Source: Candidatus Doudnabacteria bacterium (lineage in GTDB: Bacteria > Patescibacteriota > Doudnabacteria > UBA920). From it: a DNA stretch of 64,000 nucleotides. Of this stretch, positions 63,994-64,000 are shown one piece after another; the stretch's first letter is position 1; every line of letters starts with the position of its first letter. The notes beneath the pieces were generated by a model. That model ran no database searches and was not told the origin of the DNA. It saw only the letters and a program-made list of their open reading frames with translations. The DNA lies in assembly GCA_963837465.1 (NCBI GenBank), contig CAWINB010000004.1, forward strand, positions 74,853 to 138,852, read 5' to 3'. The position numbers were made by a program, and so were the translations under genes.

Positions 63994-64000
63994 GACGTTA

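Overview
This 64-kb window comes from a compact, gene-dense bacterial genome. Housekeeping genes present are valS (5'-truncated at the window edge), mscL, rpoC, rpoB, a Mur ligase, FemAB, ruvA, uvrB, rpsT, polA, pilB and a four-helix-bundle protein. This gene content suggests a small-genome lineage such as CPR/Patescibacteria, where Cas12a orthologues are known; that assignment is inference only.

Accessory and defence loci are interleaved with the core genes:
- A complete type V-A CRISPR-Cas locus on the minus strand (cas12a, cas4, cas1, cas2, then leader and array). The 36-nt repeat ends in the canonical Cas12a hairpin ...AATTTCTACTTTTGTAGAT. The array is split in two by an apparently intact IS3-family insertion sequence with 28-bp terminal inverted repeats, an OrfAB -1 frameshift site and a GAG target-site duplication.
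- A solitary MazF/PemK-like toxin gene directly upstream of cas12a, with no antitoxin found.
- A type II restriction-modification operon: C5 methyltransferase, PD-ExK restriction endonuclease and Vsr.
- A two-gene module resembling a split OLD-family system: an AAA/ABC ATPase plus a small TOPRIM-like protein.
- Interrupted copies of a type IIG (MmeI-like) enzyme, a dinD-like gene, an aminotransferase, and a large lipase-like gene carrying an in-frame TAG.
- A 7-kb island bounded by two paralogous TrmB-like regulators with near-identical divergent promoters. It contains small secreted or hypothetical proteins and a SWIM-SNF2 helicase.

Several sequence motifs recur:
- A 29-bp promoter-operator module, TTGACA-N4-GTGAAC-N4-GTWTAC-TAT, sits upstream of dcm, fic, rnh-like and dinD-like genes and resembles an SOS (LexA/Cheo-type) box.
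- A family of ~30-nt palindromic elements (GTCAT-stem-GAG..CGAAG-stem') has covarying stems and at least 8 copies. One copy lies in-frame inside valS, and another supplies the stop codon of the Mur ligase gene.
- A 65-nt element with a covarying hairpin lies upstream of rpoB and of the nrnA-like gene.

A candidate ~390-nt ncRNA with its own promoter and terminator lies between ruvA and uvrB. No tRNA or rRNA genes were recognised.

CDS coordinates are taken from the ORF track. Coordinates of other features were hand-counted from ORF boundaries and may be off by a few nt.
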